DNA of 64,000 nucleotides, taken from NCBI RefSeq assembly GCF_018350175.1, contig NC_058382.1, forward strand, positions 12,834,001 to 12,898,000, read 5' to 3'. Below are positions 1-12,462 of this stretch, piece by piece (positions within the stretch are counted from its first letter, which is position 1; the number at the start of each line of letters is the position of its first letter). Made by a program: the position numbers and the translations under genes. Origin of the DNA: Felis catus. Its lineage: Eukaryota. Below the pieces are notes generated by a model. The model was not told the origin of the DNA, searched no databases, and was given only the letters and a program-made list of their open reading frames with translations.

Positions 1-65
1 CAGAGGAGGGCAACATGAAGATTCAAGTCCAAGGTTTCACTATGAGGAGTAGAAACGACACAGCA

Positions 66-472
66 GGGGACACCTGGGTAGCTCAGTTGGTTAAGCTGGC
101 AATTCTTGTGGGTTTTTTTAAAGTTTTTTTAAGCTTATTTATTTATTTTGAGAGAGAGAGAGAGACAAAGAGAGAGATGGAGTTAGGGAGATGCAGACAG
201 AGAGGCAGAAAGAATCCCAAGCAAGCTCCGTACTATCAGCACAGCATCCAACGCGGGGCCAGACCCATGACCCATGAGGTCATGGCCTGAGCCAAAGACA
301 CATACTTAACCAACTGAGCCACCCAAGAGCCCCAAGCATCCAGCTCTTGATCTCAGCTCAGGTGATGATCCCATGGTTCGTGGGTTAGAGCCCCTCGTTG
401 GGGCCTGCACTGAAAGCGGACACCCTGGTTGGGATTCTGTCTCTCGCTCTCTCATGCCCCTCCCCCTTCTTG

Positions 473-505
<33 letters not shown>

Positions 506-519
506 AATAATAAAAAAAA
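66..519. mobile_element. Nested CAN/SINEC SINEs: a minus-strand copy (~113-333) inserted into a plus-strand copy
   Basis: Plus copy begins GGGGACACCTGGGTAGCTCAGTTGGTTAAGC (66-96), is interrupted, and resumes at ~334 AAGCATCCAGCTCTTGATCTCAGCTCAGG, ending with (CT)n and an A-tail. Confidence 0.8.
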
Positions 520-696
520 CTATATGACACAGCAGCCAAGCGGGCTGGGATGCTGTAGGGATAACACACACCACCCAGACCTCAAAGGTCTTTCCTTCCT
601 CCTTAACCAGGCCCTTCCCCCCGCCCCCAAGCCCATCATGACTTCAGCAGATATGACTTGGGACTCATTCCTCCTCCCTTTTGCTTCTTATTTCAG

Positions 697-2968
697 ATGG
701 AAGAAGCCCCACGGGCCTCCCTGTGGGGACCAGTGTTGGCATTGCAATTGGGGTCCTGGTTGGGGTGGCACTCGTGGCCGCCCTGGGGTATCTCCTGCTC
801 CATGTGAAGGCGGGAAGGTATGATGGCATTTCCCACACACGATCCTGTCCACCACCCCTCCCCCACCCCAGCAGACTCGCCAGCAGGCAGACGCCGTCCT
901 GACCCAGGATTCTGGGCTGGGTGTCCCAGACCTCCCAACTGCCCCCTGGATTTCTCCTCTGATCACACCTGGCTCCTTCCTCACCAGCTGCTGCCCGGGG
1001 CCCTTCCTCCACAGCTGCCTCTGTGCAAAATTAGGGACAGTCACAAAACAGCCCCTCAGGGTTGTCCTGGTTCGCTCGGCAACCCTACAGCAGTGCTCGG
1101 TACTAAGTGCACGGAGACCGGTACCTCCCGTGGTTTGTCAGTCCACATGCCCTGGGACGGGGATTTGCAGCCTCAGGACCGAGGGTGGTCCTGGCCAAGG
1201 TCACACAAGGGAGAGTGGAAGACCCTGACAGGCCGGGTGGGGTCGACCCCCAAAGTGGCACATGCGGGAACCACGGTGCCTGATGTGTGACACCGCAGAC
1301 CCTGGACTCCGTCAGGTAGAGGTCCTGGGACGAAGCCCCTCGTCCAGGCAGATGGAGATAGAGCACGAGCCAATGTCAGTCTCCAGCGTCTTCTGGCCTG
1401 AGGACTCGAGGGTCTGGCCACAGCAGGGGCACCGCAGTCAGGGACCTGACATACCTGGGGCTCCCCAAGCGTCCTGCACACGCAGCTGGCCGCCTTGACC
1501 CTTCCAGTCACTCAGACCCTCATGTGTGATTCCTTTCCTGGGCCCTTGATCCCTTTTCGGGACACTTTCTCCTAGGTGTCCGTCCGCTGCCCGGCTTCCT
1601 CTCTGGTCCAAGGATACATGTGCTCCGAAGGCCTTTTTTTATCCCTCTCGTGGGCCCTTCCCCTCCTAAATACACTGGTGGAGAGATGGGGTCTCTAAGC
1701 CCTGCTTGGAATGAGGACCCTCCCTGTCCCCTGTTCTGACACCAGAGCTGTGACCTCTCCCTGCCCACCTCACAAATAAGCCTGATCTTTCCTAGGGCCA
1801 GTGGCCAACATAATCACAGAGAGATGGGGCACCCAGCCTGCACCCCTGGTGAGTATCCCTTCAGCCCAGGCAGCACAGGGAGCCCCTCGACCTGCCCCCA
1901 ATGTCCACTCCTGCCAGTCACACCCTGGGGCCTCTGACCACGTCCCTGGGGCTTCAGTACAGGGGACCCCAACTGGCCATACTCCCTGACCTATGGAATC
2001 TAGGTCACGGCTCAGCACCTCCCAGACCAGCACCAGTGGGTCTCCCTGTGGGAGGTGCTCCTTCCCTGGTTCTCCGAGAGCCGATGACCCGGTACCTCCT
2101 GGGAGGGTGGACCCTGGGTGCTAATTCCCATTTCTGTCCCCAGGTCATGGTCCAGTCAGCAGCTCCACATCCCCGGTAAGCCCGCCCCCTCCCCACTGGG
2201 GTCTAGGTTGTGCGGGCGCAAGGCAGAGAACCAACGAATTCGGCAGCACAGCACACACCCTGCTTCCCCCCAGAGAGCCAGGACAAGGCAGGGCCCGTTC
2301 TGCCCAGGAATGGGACCGTCTTCAGGGACAGGACCACTCCCCACCCCGTCCTGAGTCTCTCCTGCCACTCTGAGCTGGCCCAAGGGGAAGCCTGGAGTCT
2401 GGCCAAGGACAGAGCACTGGGAACATCAGCCAGGGGTCCTGGGCTAATAGGAGTGGGGCAGGGAGTTCAGGAGAGACCGGTCTGGGTCTGGGGTGTGGGT
2501 CAACAGGCTTGGCGAAAGCTGCTCAAGAGGCAGAACGGGTCACCCCTGCAGAGAAATGACTCTCCCTCTGTCCACTGACACCCATTCTCTCCCCCTGTTC
2601 AGAGCGCCCTACCCAGCCCGAGGACAGCCATTCCCATCTACCAGGTGAGTGTGGGCAATGAATGTTCAGGTCCCCCGAGCCCAAGGGGGCTGAGGATCTG
2701 TCCCCAGCCTGCCCTGCCTGTGCTTTCAGGTTTAGGACACAGCAGGGCAAAAGGGCACAGGGGCTAGTGGGAGGAAGGAGGGGCCTGGGGCAGAAACCTG
2801 CCACCCAGCCAGGTTCCCAGAGAGGTGGACGCAGGACCTGAAAGTCACCCAGACATGTTCTGAGAAGCCTGCGGGGTTCAGAGGCTTCTTTTTCTTTTAC
2901 AGGAGTTACAACACCCTGACAGGAACATTTACTGCCAGATCAACCACAAAGGACAAGTGTCTTCTTAG
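697..2968 (+). CDS. ITAM-bearing CEACAM family receptor (CEACAM3/CEACAM4-like), 3' part: transmembrane exon plus four cytoplasmic exons; Ig exons lie upstream of the window
   Basis: Exons 697-817 (DGRSPTGLPVGTSVGIAIGVLVGVALVAALGYLLLHVKAGR, TM), 1796-1848 (53 nt), 2144-2175 (32 nt), 2603-2644 (42 nt) and 2903-2968 (TAG). All have AG/GT boundaries and consistent phase. Tail RASGQHNHREMGHPACTPGHGPVSSSTSPSALPSPRTAIPIYQELQHPDRNIYCQINHKGQVSS resembles CEACAM3, which occupies this position next to LYPD4 in human. Exact orthology is uncertain, so no symbol is given. Confidence 0.88.
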
Positions 2969-3739
2969 TTTCCCCTTCCCCTGGGAGCTACTCCTTCCAG
3001 GGGCCTTCCTGAGACCCCAGACCCTGGGTGGGGTCAGGTGCCCCCGCCTGAGCCAGAGAACCAGCTCTAAACCCAGAGGATATTCAGGGACATGGACCCA
3101 GGGTCCGGGCCTTCCTGATTTCTGGAAGCCCTGACAGGCTGCCACGAACCCTGGATGGGCCAGGACAAAGGCCCCCATGTCCCAGGAAGTGGAGTTTCCC
3201 AGGGAAAGTGTCCTGGGCCCTGACCCACTAGGGACAGCATGAGGGACATCTGATGAAACAGGACTCTTCCCCCTCCTTGGCCCTTTTTTGGTGAATGGTG
3301 ATTTCTCTGAGCAGAAATTCACCTGAACCTCTGGGGCCCTTCTCTCCTGGGTCACACAGGGAAATGTTCCCTCTGAGTTCACCAAGCCCCCACCTTAGTC
3401 CCCTGAGATAGAGGAGGGGCGAGGGGTGTTGACATGCTGGGACCACGTTAACTAGAAAAGGAGAGATCACCAGAGCTGTGGCCAAACTATGACAGCACTC
3501 AGCGGTCCTCACCCTGCTCAGGGACCAAGGCTGGAGACACCTCCAGTGTCTGCACATGTGCACGGGGTTCTCAGGAGCACAGAACATGGGGCCTCTGATG
3601 ACCACACGAGGAGGGGCTTGGAAGGAGCAGCCGTGGGCAGGCACACATCCCAGGTGGGACCCCTTCATAGCCTTTTGGTGTCCTGAGCCTTTTGGTCCTC
3701 CTCACCCATCCCCGGTGGCCCTGACTGGTGGCCTTCACC

Positions 3740-3745
3740 AATAAA
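3740..3745 (+). terminator. Candidate polyadenylation signal of the CEACAM gene
   Basis: First AATAAA downstream of the stop codon at 2968. Confidence 0.55.
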
Positions 3746-4407
3746 CTTGCCCTGTCCCCAAATCCAGGATCCAGGGCACTGAGACCTGTCTGAAGCTTTC
3801 TCCAGCCTTCGGGATGTCCTTCCTGCTGGGGTGACATAAAGGCAGGTTGTCAGAGGAACGCCAGGGTTTGGGACCCAGAATTCATGCTCTGAGCATAGCC
3901 TTCCCGGACACTGCCCATGACGTCTAGCCCAGTACCTCCCAGCAGTGTCCACTTTTCTCCCTGAACGGGATCTTATCTTGAAACACACCTCCTCCCCATA
4001 AATAAGCATGCAGGTCAGAGGCAGAGGGCTTTCCTCACCTAACTCTCACCCAGGCTCCCATGGTGTTGGGACAAAGTTCTCTTCCACCTGGTCCACAGGC
4101 CTCGTCCTACTGTCCCACCTGCAGCCATCTCCACACACCTGGGCCAGCGGCTCTCAGTCCTTCCCTGAGGCCCCCGGTTGGGTGCCCATGTGGATTCGCT
4201 CGCATCAAGTTGCCCCGTTCACACAAAAGCGGTCCAAGCACCAAGGCACCGCACCCACGTTTCACAGGTGGGTTTGCCATCACCCACTTGTTTCTTAGTC
4301 ATGAGATGAGGGGTAAGAAAAACAAGCTGCAACGTATCACGTCATTTTTAGCTCTGTGATGCTCCTATCGCAACGCACACTCTGTTGGATTAGACAGGGT
4401 GACGCCT

Positions 4408-4695
4408 CTTGTTAGTTTCCTCTTGCTGCTCTAGCAAATTATTGTAAGCTTAGTGGTGGATGTCAACACAAGTCAAGGTGCCCACCTGGCTGTCTCTTCT
4501 GGAGGCTTAGGAGAGAGTCTGTTTGCTTGTTTTTCAAGCTGTGCCGTTGGAGGCTGCCCACGTTCCATGGATGTGGCCCCTTCCTCCACCTTCAAAACCA
4601 GGAGTGCAACATCTTGAAGTCTCTCTGTGTCCTGTTTCCACATCAACTCTTCTCTGGTTCTGCCTCTCCTGCCTCCTTCTGTCACTCCCTCTCTC
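4408..4695 (-). mobile_element. MLT1 (MaLR) LTR fragment
   Basis: TTAGTTTCCTCTTGCTGCT...CTGGAGGCTTAGGAGAGAGTCTGTT...GGCCCCTTCCTCCACCTTCAAAACCAG are typical MLT1 motifs. Confidence 0.6.
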
Positions 4696-4696
4696 A

Positions 4697-5388
4697 TGCC
4701 TGGGTGGCTCAGTTAGTTATGTGTCCAACTTCAGCTCAGGTCATGATATCACAAGTTTCAGCCCTGTGTCAGACTCTGTGCTGACAGCTAGGGAGCCTGG
4801 AGCCTGCTCTGGATTCTGTGTCTTTCTTTCCCTGCCTCTCTCCCTCTCTCTCTCTCTCTCTCAAACTAAGCCCTGGGCATGGTTGGGGGACATCAGCACC
4901 TTGGACAGTGTCTCAGCCTGGGGCTGAAGAAGCTGCCCATGTCTATTCTCTGTAAGAAAGATGTAATGAGGGGCGCCTGGATGGCTCTGTTGATTGACCT
5001 CGGCTCAGATCATGATCTCAGGGTTTGTGAGCCCAAGCTCACGTGGGCTCTCTGCTGTCAGTGCGGAGCCCACTTCAGATCCTCTGTCTCCCTCTCTCTC
5101 TCCCCCTACCCCGTGCTCTCTCCCTATCTCTCTCTCTCTCAAAAATAATACAAACATTTAAAAAAGTAATAATAGAGGCTCCTGGGTTGCTCAGTCGGTT
5201 AAGCGTCCGACTTCAGCTCGGGTCATGGTCTCACAGTCCAAGAGTTCAAGCCCCGCGTCAGGCTCTGTGCTGACAGCTCAGAACCTGGAGCCTGTTTCAG
5301 ATTCTGTGTCTCCCTCCGTCTCTAACCCTCCCCCGTTCATGCTCTGTCTCTCTCTGTCTCAAAAATAAACGTTAAAAAATTAAAAAAA
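4697..5388 (+). mobile_element. Three CAN/SINEC SINEs (~4697-4865, 4969-5168, 5176-5388)
   Basis: tRNA-like heads (CCTGGGTGGCTCAG...TCAGGTCATGATC), (CT)n tracts and A-rich tails. Confidence 0.85.
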
Positions 5389-5588
5389 TGTTTAAGTGTA
5401 CAATTCAATGGTTTCTAGTATATAATTCACAGAATTGTTCAACTATCAGCAGAATCAATTGTGAAGTATTTTTATACTTTACAGCCATTAGCAGTCATGC
5501 CCTCTTTCCCCAGATGCCCACAGTCTTAGGCAACCACTAATTTACTTCCTGTCTCTACATCCATCTCTGGGATTCAATGGGCAGTCTA

Positions 5589-6100
5589 TGGTGAGCAGAA
5601 TAATGTCCTCCCAAAGATATCCAAATCCTTATTCCTGGGGCCTGTAAATATACTACATTACATGGCAAAGGGGAATTAATGTAACCAATGGAATTAAGGT
5701 TGTTAATCTGCTGCCCTTAAAAAAAAATGCACACTATCCTCGATTATCTGGGATGGGCCTAACGTCGTCATGAGTCCTTAAATGTGAAAGAAGAAGACAG
5801 AAGGATCAATGTCAGAGTGAGCTGATGTGAGAAAAACTTGGTCAATTGTTCTGGACTTTGAAGATGGAAGGAGGCCACAAGTGAAGCAGTTATCAGCAGA
5901 CTCCAGAAAGTGGTAAAGGCAAGAAAACTGATCCACCCCTAGAACCCGGAGAAAGGAATGTGGCCCTGCCAATATCTTTATTTTAGCCCAGCAAAATCCA
6001 TGCCAGACTTCTGACCTCCAGAATTGTAAGGTAACAAATGTGTTGTTTTAAGCCACTGTGCTTCTGGTAATTTGTTACAACAGTAATAGGGCACTAATAT
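5589..6100 (+). mobile_element. MLT1D-like solo LTR
   Basis: Starts GCAGAATAATGTCCTCCCAAAGATATCC and ends TGTTTTAAGCCACT...TAATTTGTTACAACAGTAATAGG, matching MLT1 termini. Confidence 0.75.
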
Positions 6101-6399
6101 AGATGTCATATTAGTTTACATTTTTGCATTAATATTAAATTTGGGGGGCTTGCTAATAGGACTGTGGATGTATAGGAGGAAGTCCTGGTTCTGATGAGAT
6201 ACAGGCTGAGGTAGTTAGGGTGAAGTATTATGGTATCTATAACTTTCAAATGATTCATCAAAAAATCATATATATATATACATATATATGTGTGTGTATA
6301 TATATATATATAATAAAAAATGTGTGGGTACACGTGTGCACATATTTACATCTATACATCTTACTGTTCATCTTACTATACATCTTACTATACATCTTA

Positions 6400-6535
6400 A
6401 TTTATAAATTAAACTTAATTTGGGTATGTATGCATAGGAAAAAACATAGTATACATAGGGCTCAGTACTATCATGGTTTCAGGCATCTACTGGATATGCC
6501 TGAATATATTCCCCATGGACAAGGGGGGCTACTAT
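6400..6535. mobile_element. Tigger3/MER2-type DNA transposon end
   Basis: CATAGGGCTCAGTACTATCATGGTTTCAGGCATCTACTGG...GGACAAGGGGGGCTACTATA resembles the Tigger3/MER2 terminus. Confidence 0.55.
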
Positions 6536-9500
6536 ATAAGTTGGATAAGTTCTGAGAATCTTATGTACAACATGGTGATTTTAGTCAACGATACTGTATT
6601 GTATATTTGAAATTGTTAAGAGGGTAGATCATAAGTGATCACACCACCAACAAAGAATGATAATTATGTGATGTGATGGAGGTGTTAGCTAACGCTGTGG
6701 TAATAATCATTTTGCAATACATAGATGAATCAAATCATCACATTGTACAGCTTATGTTGTATGTCAATTATATTTCAGTAAATCTGGGAAAAAACTTTAA
6801 GGAACTACCAAAAAAAAGCAAGTAAACAAACAAAAAACAGCAAATATTGTGGGGTGTGGTTTTTTTTGCCTTTTAAAAAAGTTTCTATTTTTTTTTCAAC
6901 ATTTTTTATTTATTTTTGGGACAGAGAGAGACAGAGCATGAATGGGGGAGGGGCAGAGAGAGAGGGAGACACAGAATCGGAAACAGGCTCCAGGCTCCGA
7001 GCCATCAGCCCAGAGCCTGACGCGGGGCTCGAACTCACAGACTGCGAGATCGTGACCTGGCTGAAGTCGGACGCTTAACCGACTGCGCCACCCAGGCGCC
7101 CCTCTATTTATTTTTTAAGAGAGAGAGCAAGCAGGGAAGGTGCAGAGAGAGGGAGGCAAAATCCCAAGCAGGCTCCGCGCTGCCAGCACAGAGCTGGAGG
7201 CGGGGCTCGATCTCACAAACCATGAGATCATAACCTGGGCCGTAACCAAGAACCAGAGGCTTAACCGACTAAACCACCCAGGCACCCCAGCAAATATTGT
7301 TGATAGGGAAATGGCAGAATTACATTTAAAATCAACTCAAAGATGTCCAGCATTGTCAGTGTCCTCCTGGGATGTCCCAGACAGCACAGATCAACTGTCA
7401 TCACTCATAGGTGATTATTGTGTATACAGAGAAGCCCCCAAAGCCTGTCAACATATTGGTAGAAATAATAAAAGAGTATAGCAAGATGTTTGACTTTAAG
7501 ATCAACATAGTGTACAAAATTTATTGCATTTCTATAAATTAGAAACAAATAGAAAATGTCCTTTTTTTCCTTTCTTAAAAATATTTATTTATTTATTTAT
7601 TTATTTGGAGAGGGAGACAGAGAGGGCAAGAGAACAGGGGAGGGGCAGAGAGAGAGAGAGAGAGAGGGAGAGAAAGAATCCCAAGCAGGCCTCTCACAGT
7701 CAGCACAGAGCCCCATGCAGGGCTCCATCTCAGGAACCAAGAGATCATGACTTGAGACAAAAGCAAGACTCAGACGCTTAACCGACTGGGCCACACAGGT
7801 GGCTCACCATCGGAGTGCCTTGGTGGCTCAGTCCGTTGAGCGTTGGACTCTTGATCTCAGTTCAGGTCATTATCTCTCTGTTCCTGAGATTGAGCCCAGT
7901 GGGGGGCGCTAATGGTGTAGAGCCTGCCTGGGGTTCTCTCTCTCCCTCTCTCTGCCCCTCCCCTGCTCTCTCGCTTTCTCGCTCTCAAAAATAAACTTTA
8001 AAAAAATAATAAAAAATGAAAAGAAACCATTTATAGTAACAAACACTATAGATCATTTTGGAATAAATTAACAAAAGATGTGCAGACTCTTATGCGTAAA
8101 ATTAAAAAAAAAAATTTTACCGAAAAATATTAGGGAAGACTTAAATGGAGAGACGTCACATGTTCATGGATAGAAAGGGTCAGCTTCATAAGTACATAAA
8201 GCGTCTCCTAAATTGGCTATTATTCAATGAAGTTCAAACCAAAATCCCAACGGGGTTTTTATGGAACTTACAAGCTGAACCTAAGTTTATATGGAAAGCC
8301 AAGATCCTCCTGAAGATGAACAAGTGTAAGGGGGAAATGACTTGCGTTCTCAGGTGGAAAGATTTAGTAAAAAGTTATAAAAATTAAGACAGTGTAGGGC
8401 TGGCACGGGAGTAGATAAATTGATCCCTGGAAAAAACAAGGAGCCCAGAAACAGACCCATGCAGATGTGGAACTCTGATATACAACCAAGATGCCGGTGC
8501 AGATAAATGAGGAAAGGTGGAATTATTTCATAAAGGAGGTGGAGCAATTAGTTACCCATATTTTTAAAAATGAAAGTAGATTCCTACCTCAAAGGAGCAC
8601 AAAAATCAATTCCAAATCGATTAAGAATCTAAATGTGAATGGAATATTGTCTTTTCTTCTTTCCTTTTGAGACTTGCCGCTTGATTTCTTTTTTTTTTTA
8701 TTTTTTTTAACGTTTATTTATTTTTGAGACAGAGAGAGACAGAGCATGAACGGGGGAGGGGCAGAGAGAGAGGGAGACACAGAATCGGAAACAGGCTCCA
8801 GGCTCCGAGCCATCAGCCCAGAGCCCGACGCAGGGCTCGAACTCACGGACCCCGAGATCGTGACCCGGGCTGAAGTCGAACGCTTAACTGACTGAGCCAC
8901 CCAGGCGCCCCGCTGCTTGATTTCTTATTTGGCCCGTTGGCTGTGCCGTTGTGTGTTGCTTGGTATTTGCATATTAAATATTTAATATTTACATTGTAGA
9001 TTTTTCAGCTATTTTTTTTTTCAATATTTATTTACTTTTGAGAGCAGGGGAAGGGCAGAGAGAGAGAGAGAGAGACAGAGGATCTGAAGCAGACTCTGCA
9101 CTGGGAGCAGAGAGCCCAATGCAGGACGCAAACTCAGAAACGGTGAGATGAGCCTGAGCCGAAGTTGGACACTTAACTGGCTGAGCCACCCAGGCGCCCC
9201 CCAGCTTTGTTTCATTGTTGATCTTTAGCTTTGTGCCATTATGGTTGGCAAATATAGTTGGTATGATTTCCGTCTTCTTGAAAAAAAAAAAGAACTGAAA
9301 TGTGGAAAGCCAAACTTAACTTTTTGGAGAAAAGAGAGTATCTCTTAAGCAAGGCATGAGAAGATTTAACCGTAAAACTGGAAGACTGAGAAATTCAACA
9401 TTGAAACTCTCTTCTTGAAAAGATACCATAAGAAATGAAGACAAATCATCCAACTGACAGACTATTAGCACTTAATATATAAGCATACATAAGGAACTCC

Positions 9501-10430
9501 TATATATCAATGAGAAAAAGATAAGGGGCACCTGGGTGGCTCAGTCAAGTGTCCAACTCTTGGTTTTGGTTCAAGTCATGATCTCATGGTTCATGAGTTC
9601 GAGCCCCACATCATGTTCTGTGCTGACAACATGGAGCCTGCCTGGGATTCTCACTCTCCCTGTCTCTCTGCCCCTCCCCTGCTCGCTCTCTCTCTCTCTC
9701 TCTCTCTCAAAATAGACATACTTAAAAAAATAAAGTTAAGAAAAAGATAAAGGGGCACCTGGGTGGCTCAGTGGGTGGGCAACCGACTTCAGCTCAGGTC
9801 ATGATCTCACAATTCGTGAGTTCGAGCCACGCGTCGGGCTCTGTGCTGACAGCTCGGAGCCTGGAGCCTGCTTCAGATTCTGTGTCTCCCTCTCTCTCTC
9901 TGCCTCTCCCCCACTCGCACTCTGTCTCTCAAAAATGAATAAACATTTAAAAAAAAAAGATAAATAACCCTATAGAAAAACAGACCAAAAAAACCCATAA
10001 AATAGGCATTTTACAAAAGAAGCACAGCCAATACACCCATGAAAGGAAGCCCAGCCTGCTTAGTATTTCTGAATTAAAAAGTCAGAAAAGTCGGAGGGAT
10101 GCGGATCAAAAAGAATTCTTTACTTTGTCACTAGTAATGTATAACCGCTACCACCACTTTGGAAAATAATTTGGCATTGGCCCCTAAAGCTGAATAGACC
10201 TTACAGCCCAGCTATACCGCTCCTGGGTGTGTACCCAAGAAAAGCCCTTACACATAAGCATAAGGGGGCATGTAAAAGAATATCCATAAGCAGCCACTGC
10301 TGGATCAAAACACTGCAGGGGAGGGAGACAGGAATCCAAGGATGATTGACGACAAATGCACGGTGATACAGTAGGGGGTAATACACCAGTAAAAACGGAA
10401 GAACAAAAGCATACACTGGAATATTGGAAA
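6536..10430 (+). mobile_element. Fragmented old LINE-1 sequence interleaved with at least eight SINEC insertions
   Basis: L1 3'-end motifs at 6536-6800, ORF2-like remnants at 8020-8640 and L1ME-like sequence at 9960-10430. SINEs at ~6889-7103(-), 7107-7288(-), 7571-7800(-), 7813-8016(+), 8688-8911(-), 9012-9202(-), 9524-9735(+), 9751-9960(+). Confidence 0.7.
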
Positions 10431-10434
10431 TATG

Positions 10435-10735
10435 GGGGTGCCTGTCTGGTTCAGTCATTGGAGTGTGAGACTCTTGATCTCAGGGTTACGAGTTCAAGCC
10501 CCACTTTGGACGTAGAGATTACTAAAAAGGCAAACTTAAAAAAGTAAACTTGGGGAGGGCCTGAGCGGCTGTCGGTTAAGCGTCCGACTTTGGCTCGGGT
10601 CATGTTCCTGCCGTTCGTGGGTTCGAGCCCCGCATCGGGCTCTGTGCTGACCGCTCAGAGCCTGGAGCCTTCTTTGGATTCTGTATCTTCCTCTCTCTGC
10701 CCCTTCCCCGCTCACGTCCTCTCTCTCTCTCTCTG
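10435..10735 (+). mobile_element. Two CAN SINEs (short type ~10435-10543; long type ~10552-10735)
   Basis: tRNA-like heads with ACTCTTGATCTCAGGG and TTCGAGCCCCGC motifs, and a (CT)n tract. Confidence 0.8.
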
Positions 10736-10954
10736 GCTGCTGGGCATGACATGGTCACTTTGGCAGTGATGCTCCCCACCCCCACCCATCCCCTGCTCAC
10801 TTCACCGTGCACACTGCCCACCACCTGCCCCTCCCCCCCCCCACACACACCTCCCACGTCTCCACAACCCTCATGGACCACAGGACAAAGCAGAAAGGCA
10901 ACTCTGTGACTTTACTGGGTTATGGGAAGGGGGTTGTCCAGTCCAGCCAGACTG

Positions 10955-12462
10955 TCAGTCCCTGAAGGCAAGCAGAAGCCCTGAGAGGATGCCCCAAGCA
11001 GGAGCCCGACTGGAGGGCTCTACGCCAGCAATCTGGGCCTTCTCTAAGACGTTGAGGACCTCGGTCACTCTGATGCTCCCAATATGGTGAAAATCTGCTA
11101 AAAGTTTGTGATGTCCACGAGCACAGCCCATGAGGAGGAAGGTGGTATTGAGGAGCCCTATAAGGAAGACAGAGCAGTTAGGGACACTTTCAAGATGCAA
11201 GTGTCCCACCCCTCCTTCCAGACACGCCTCACAAACCGGAACACCCGTTCTTCCACCACAAACTTGGGTACCAGGCACCTTATTCCTTCCCTCTTGGAAT
11301 TCACGTGCCTGCTCCCCACAGCCCCAACCCCCTTCTCAGTCCTCCAGCCCCTCTGAGAGATGAGAAGGCACTAACGCAAGTTTCTCTTCTCTCACCTGCC
11401 TGAAATTTTAAGGTGGAACTGTAGCACTGAGAGGCGTCATAGGGGCAAGAATCAGTGGTGACAAAACTTGGGAGGCAGTCCTTAGAGTGTTCGCCCACAC
11501 AGGTTGGGCAACCATGGGAAGAAAATGCTGTAGACCTCGGAGTGTTGGCCTTGAGTTTCACAAAAGGATCCAAGCTGGTGAGGTTGTTGCAGAGATATGA
11601 CCGGCAGACGCGGCTGTAGGAGGCAACGGACAGTCCAGGCGGTGAAACGAGGTAAGAGACTTGCTGGGGGTAAGAGGAGGCTGGGCTGCAGCCCTTGAAA
11701 CCCACAACTCCCCTTCTGGACCCTGAGGAGCAGATTAGAGAGCTCTGATCAGTGTCGTTGGTCGCAGCCAGAGTTCCCCCTCCCACCCTGCACCCCGCTC
11801 TTCTGGCTCATTCTGTCCCATCACCAGCTGTGCTGAGGTGTTCAGCCGCACGGGGCTCAGGTCCCGGGGTCTCCATCCGTGTCTCCTCAACCCACCCTCC
11901 CCACAGGAGCCCCTCTGCTCCTCTCTGCCCTGTGTCCCTTCCTTTTCTCCTCTCCCAGATTGCCCCTCTCCTCCTGGGATCTGCCCACCTCCTTCCTGCC
12001 CTCTTATCCAGCCCACACCACACCCCGCTGGAGCCCAGAGCCACTTCCCTTCAGTTGTCTCGATGAATACCAGCGTCTCCTCACAGCCCTCACTCAGCTT
12101 ACACACCATGCTCCTCATCAGAAGCCATTTCCAGTTATGGAGAGAAACAGCTCTGAAGAGCGAGGATGTTGCTTCGTAGCACAAAAGAGCCCCAGCCCCT
12201 AAGGAGAGAATGTCCTTCCAGTCGTGTGCCACTCACGTTGCTTTCTCAGCCCCCAAACTGCCAACCAAGAACTCAGCCTCCACAGATCCTGTCCCCCCGA
12301 GGAACCCAGATATCCTGCCCTCCGTCCCCTAGTTATGTGAATCCAGCCCCCCACCCTCTGGGGGCCCCCAAAGCATCTAGCCCTGCAGGACATACGAGGC
12401 AGAGTGGAGATGGCCCCTAGGAGGCAGAGCAGATGCACAGGGCTCAAGTGCTGGGGTCCCAT
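10955..12462 (-). CDS. LYPD4: LY6/PLAUR domain-containing protein 4 (sperm GPI-type protein); donor of the second coding intron is non-canonical in this sequence
   Basis: Exons 12462-12396 (MGPQHLSPVHLLCLLGAISTLP), 12198-12055 (AGALLCYEATSS...CEETLVFIET), 11722-11396 (SRRGVVGFKGC...SSTLKFQA) and 11157-10955 (LLNTTFLLMGC...GLLLAFRD*). Total 741 nt = 246 aa, the length I recall for human LYPD4. Signal peptide, two Cys-rich LU domains and a hydrophobic C-terminus. Possible polyA signal AGTAAA at 10916-10911. Confidence 0.93.

Noticed and set aside
6854-7078. ORFs of the type FIYFWDRERQSMNGGGAEREGDTESE (also 8718-8900, 33731-34263 and others)
   Set aside because: Translations of SINEC elements, not genes.
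10435-10543. tRNA-like sequences with A/B boxes (also ~13574, 14489, 20985, 40262)
   Set aside because: tRNA-derived CAN SINE heads with A-rich tails and decayed stems; not tRNA genes.
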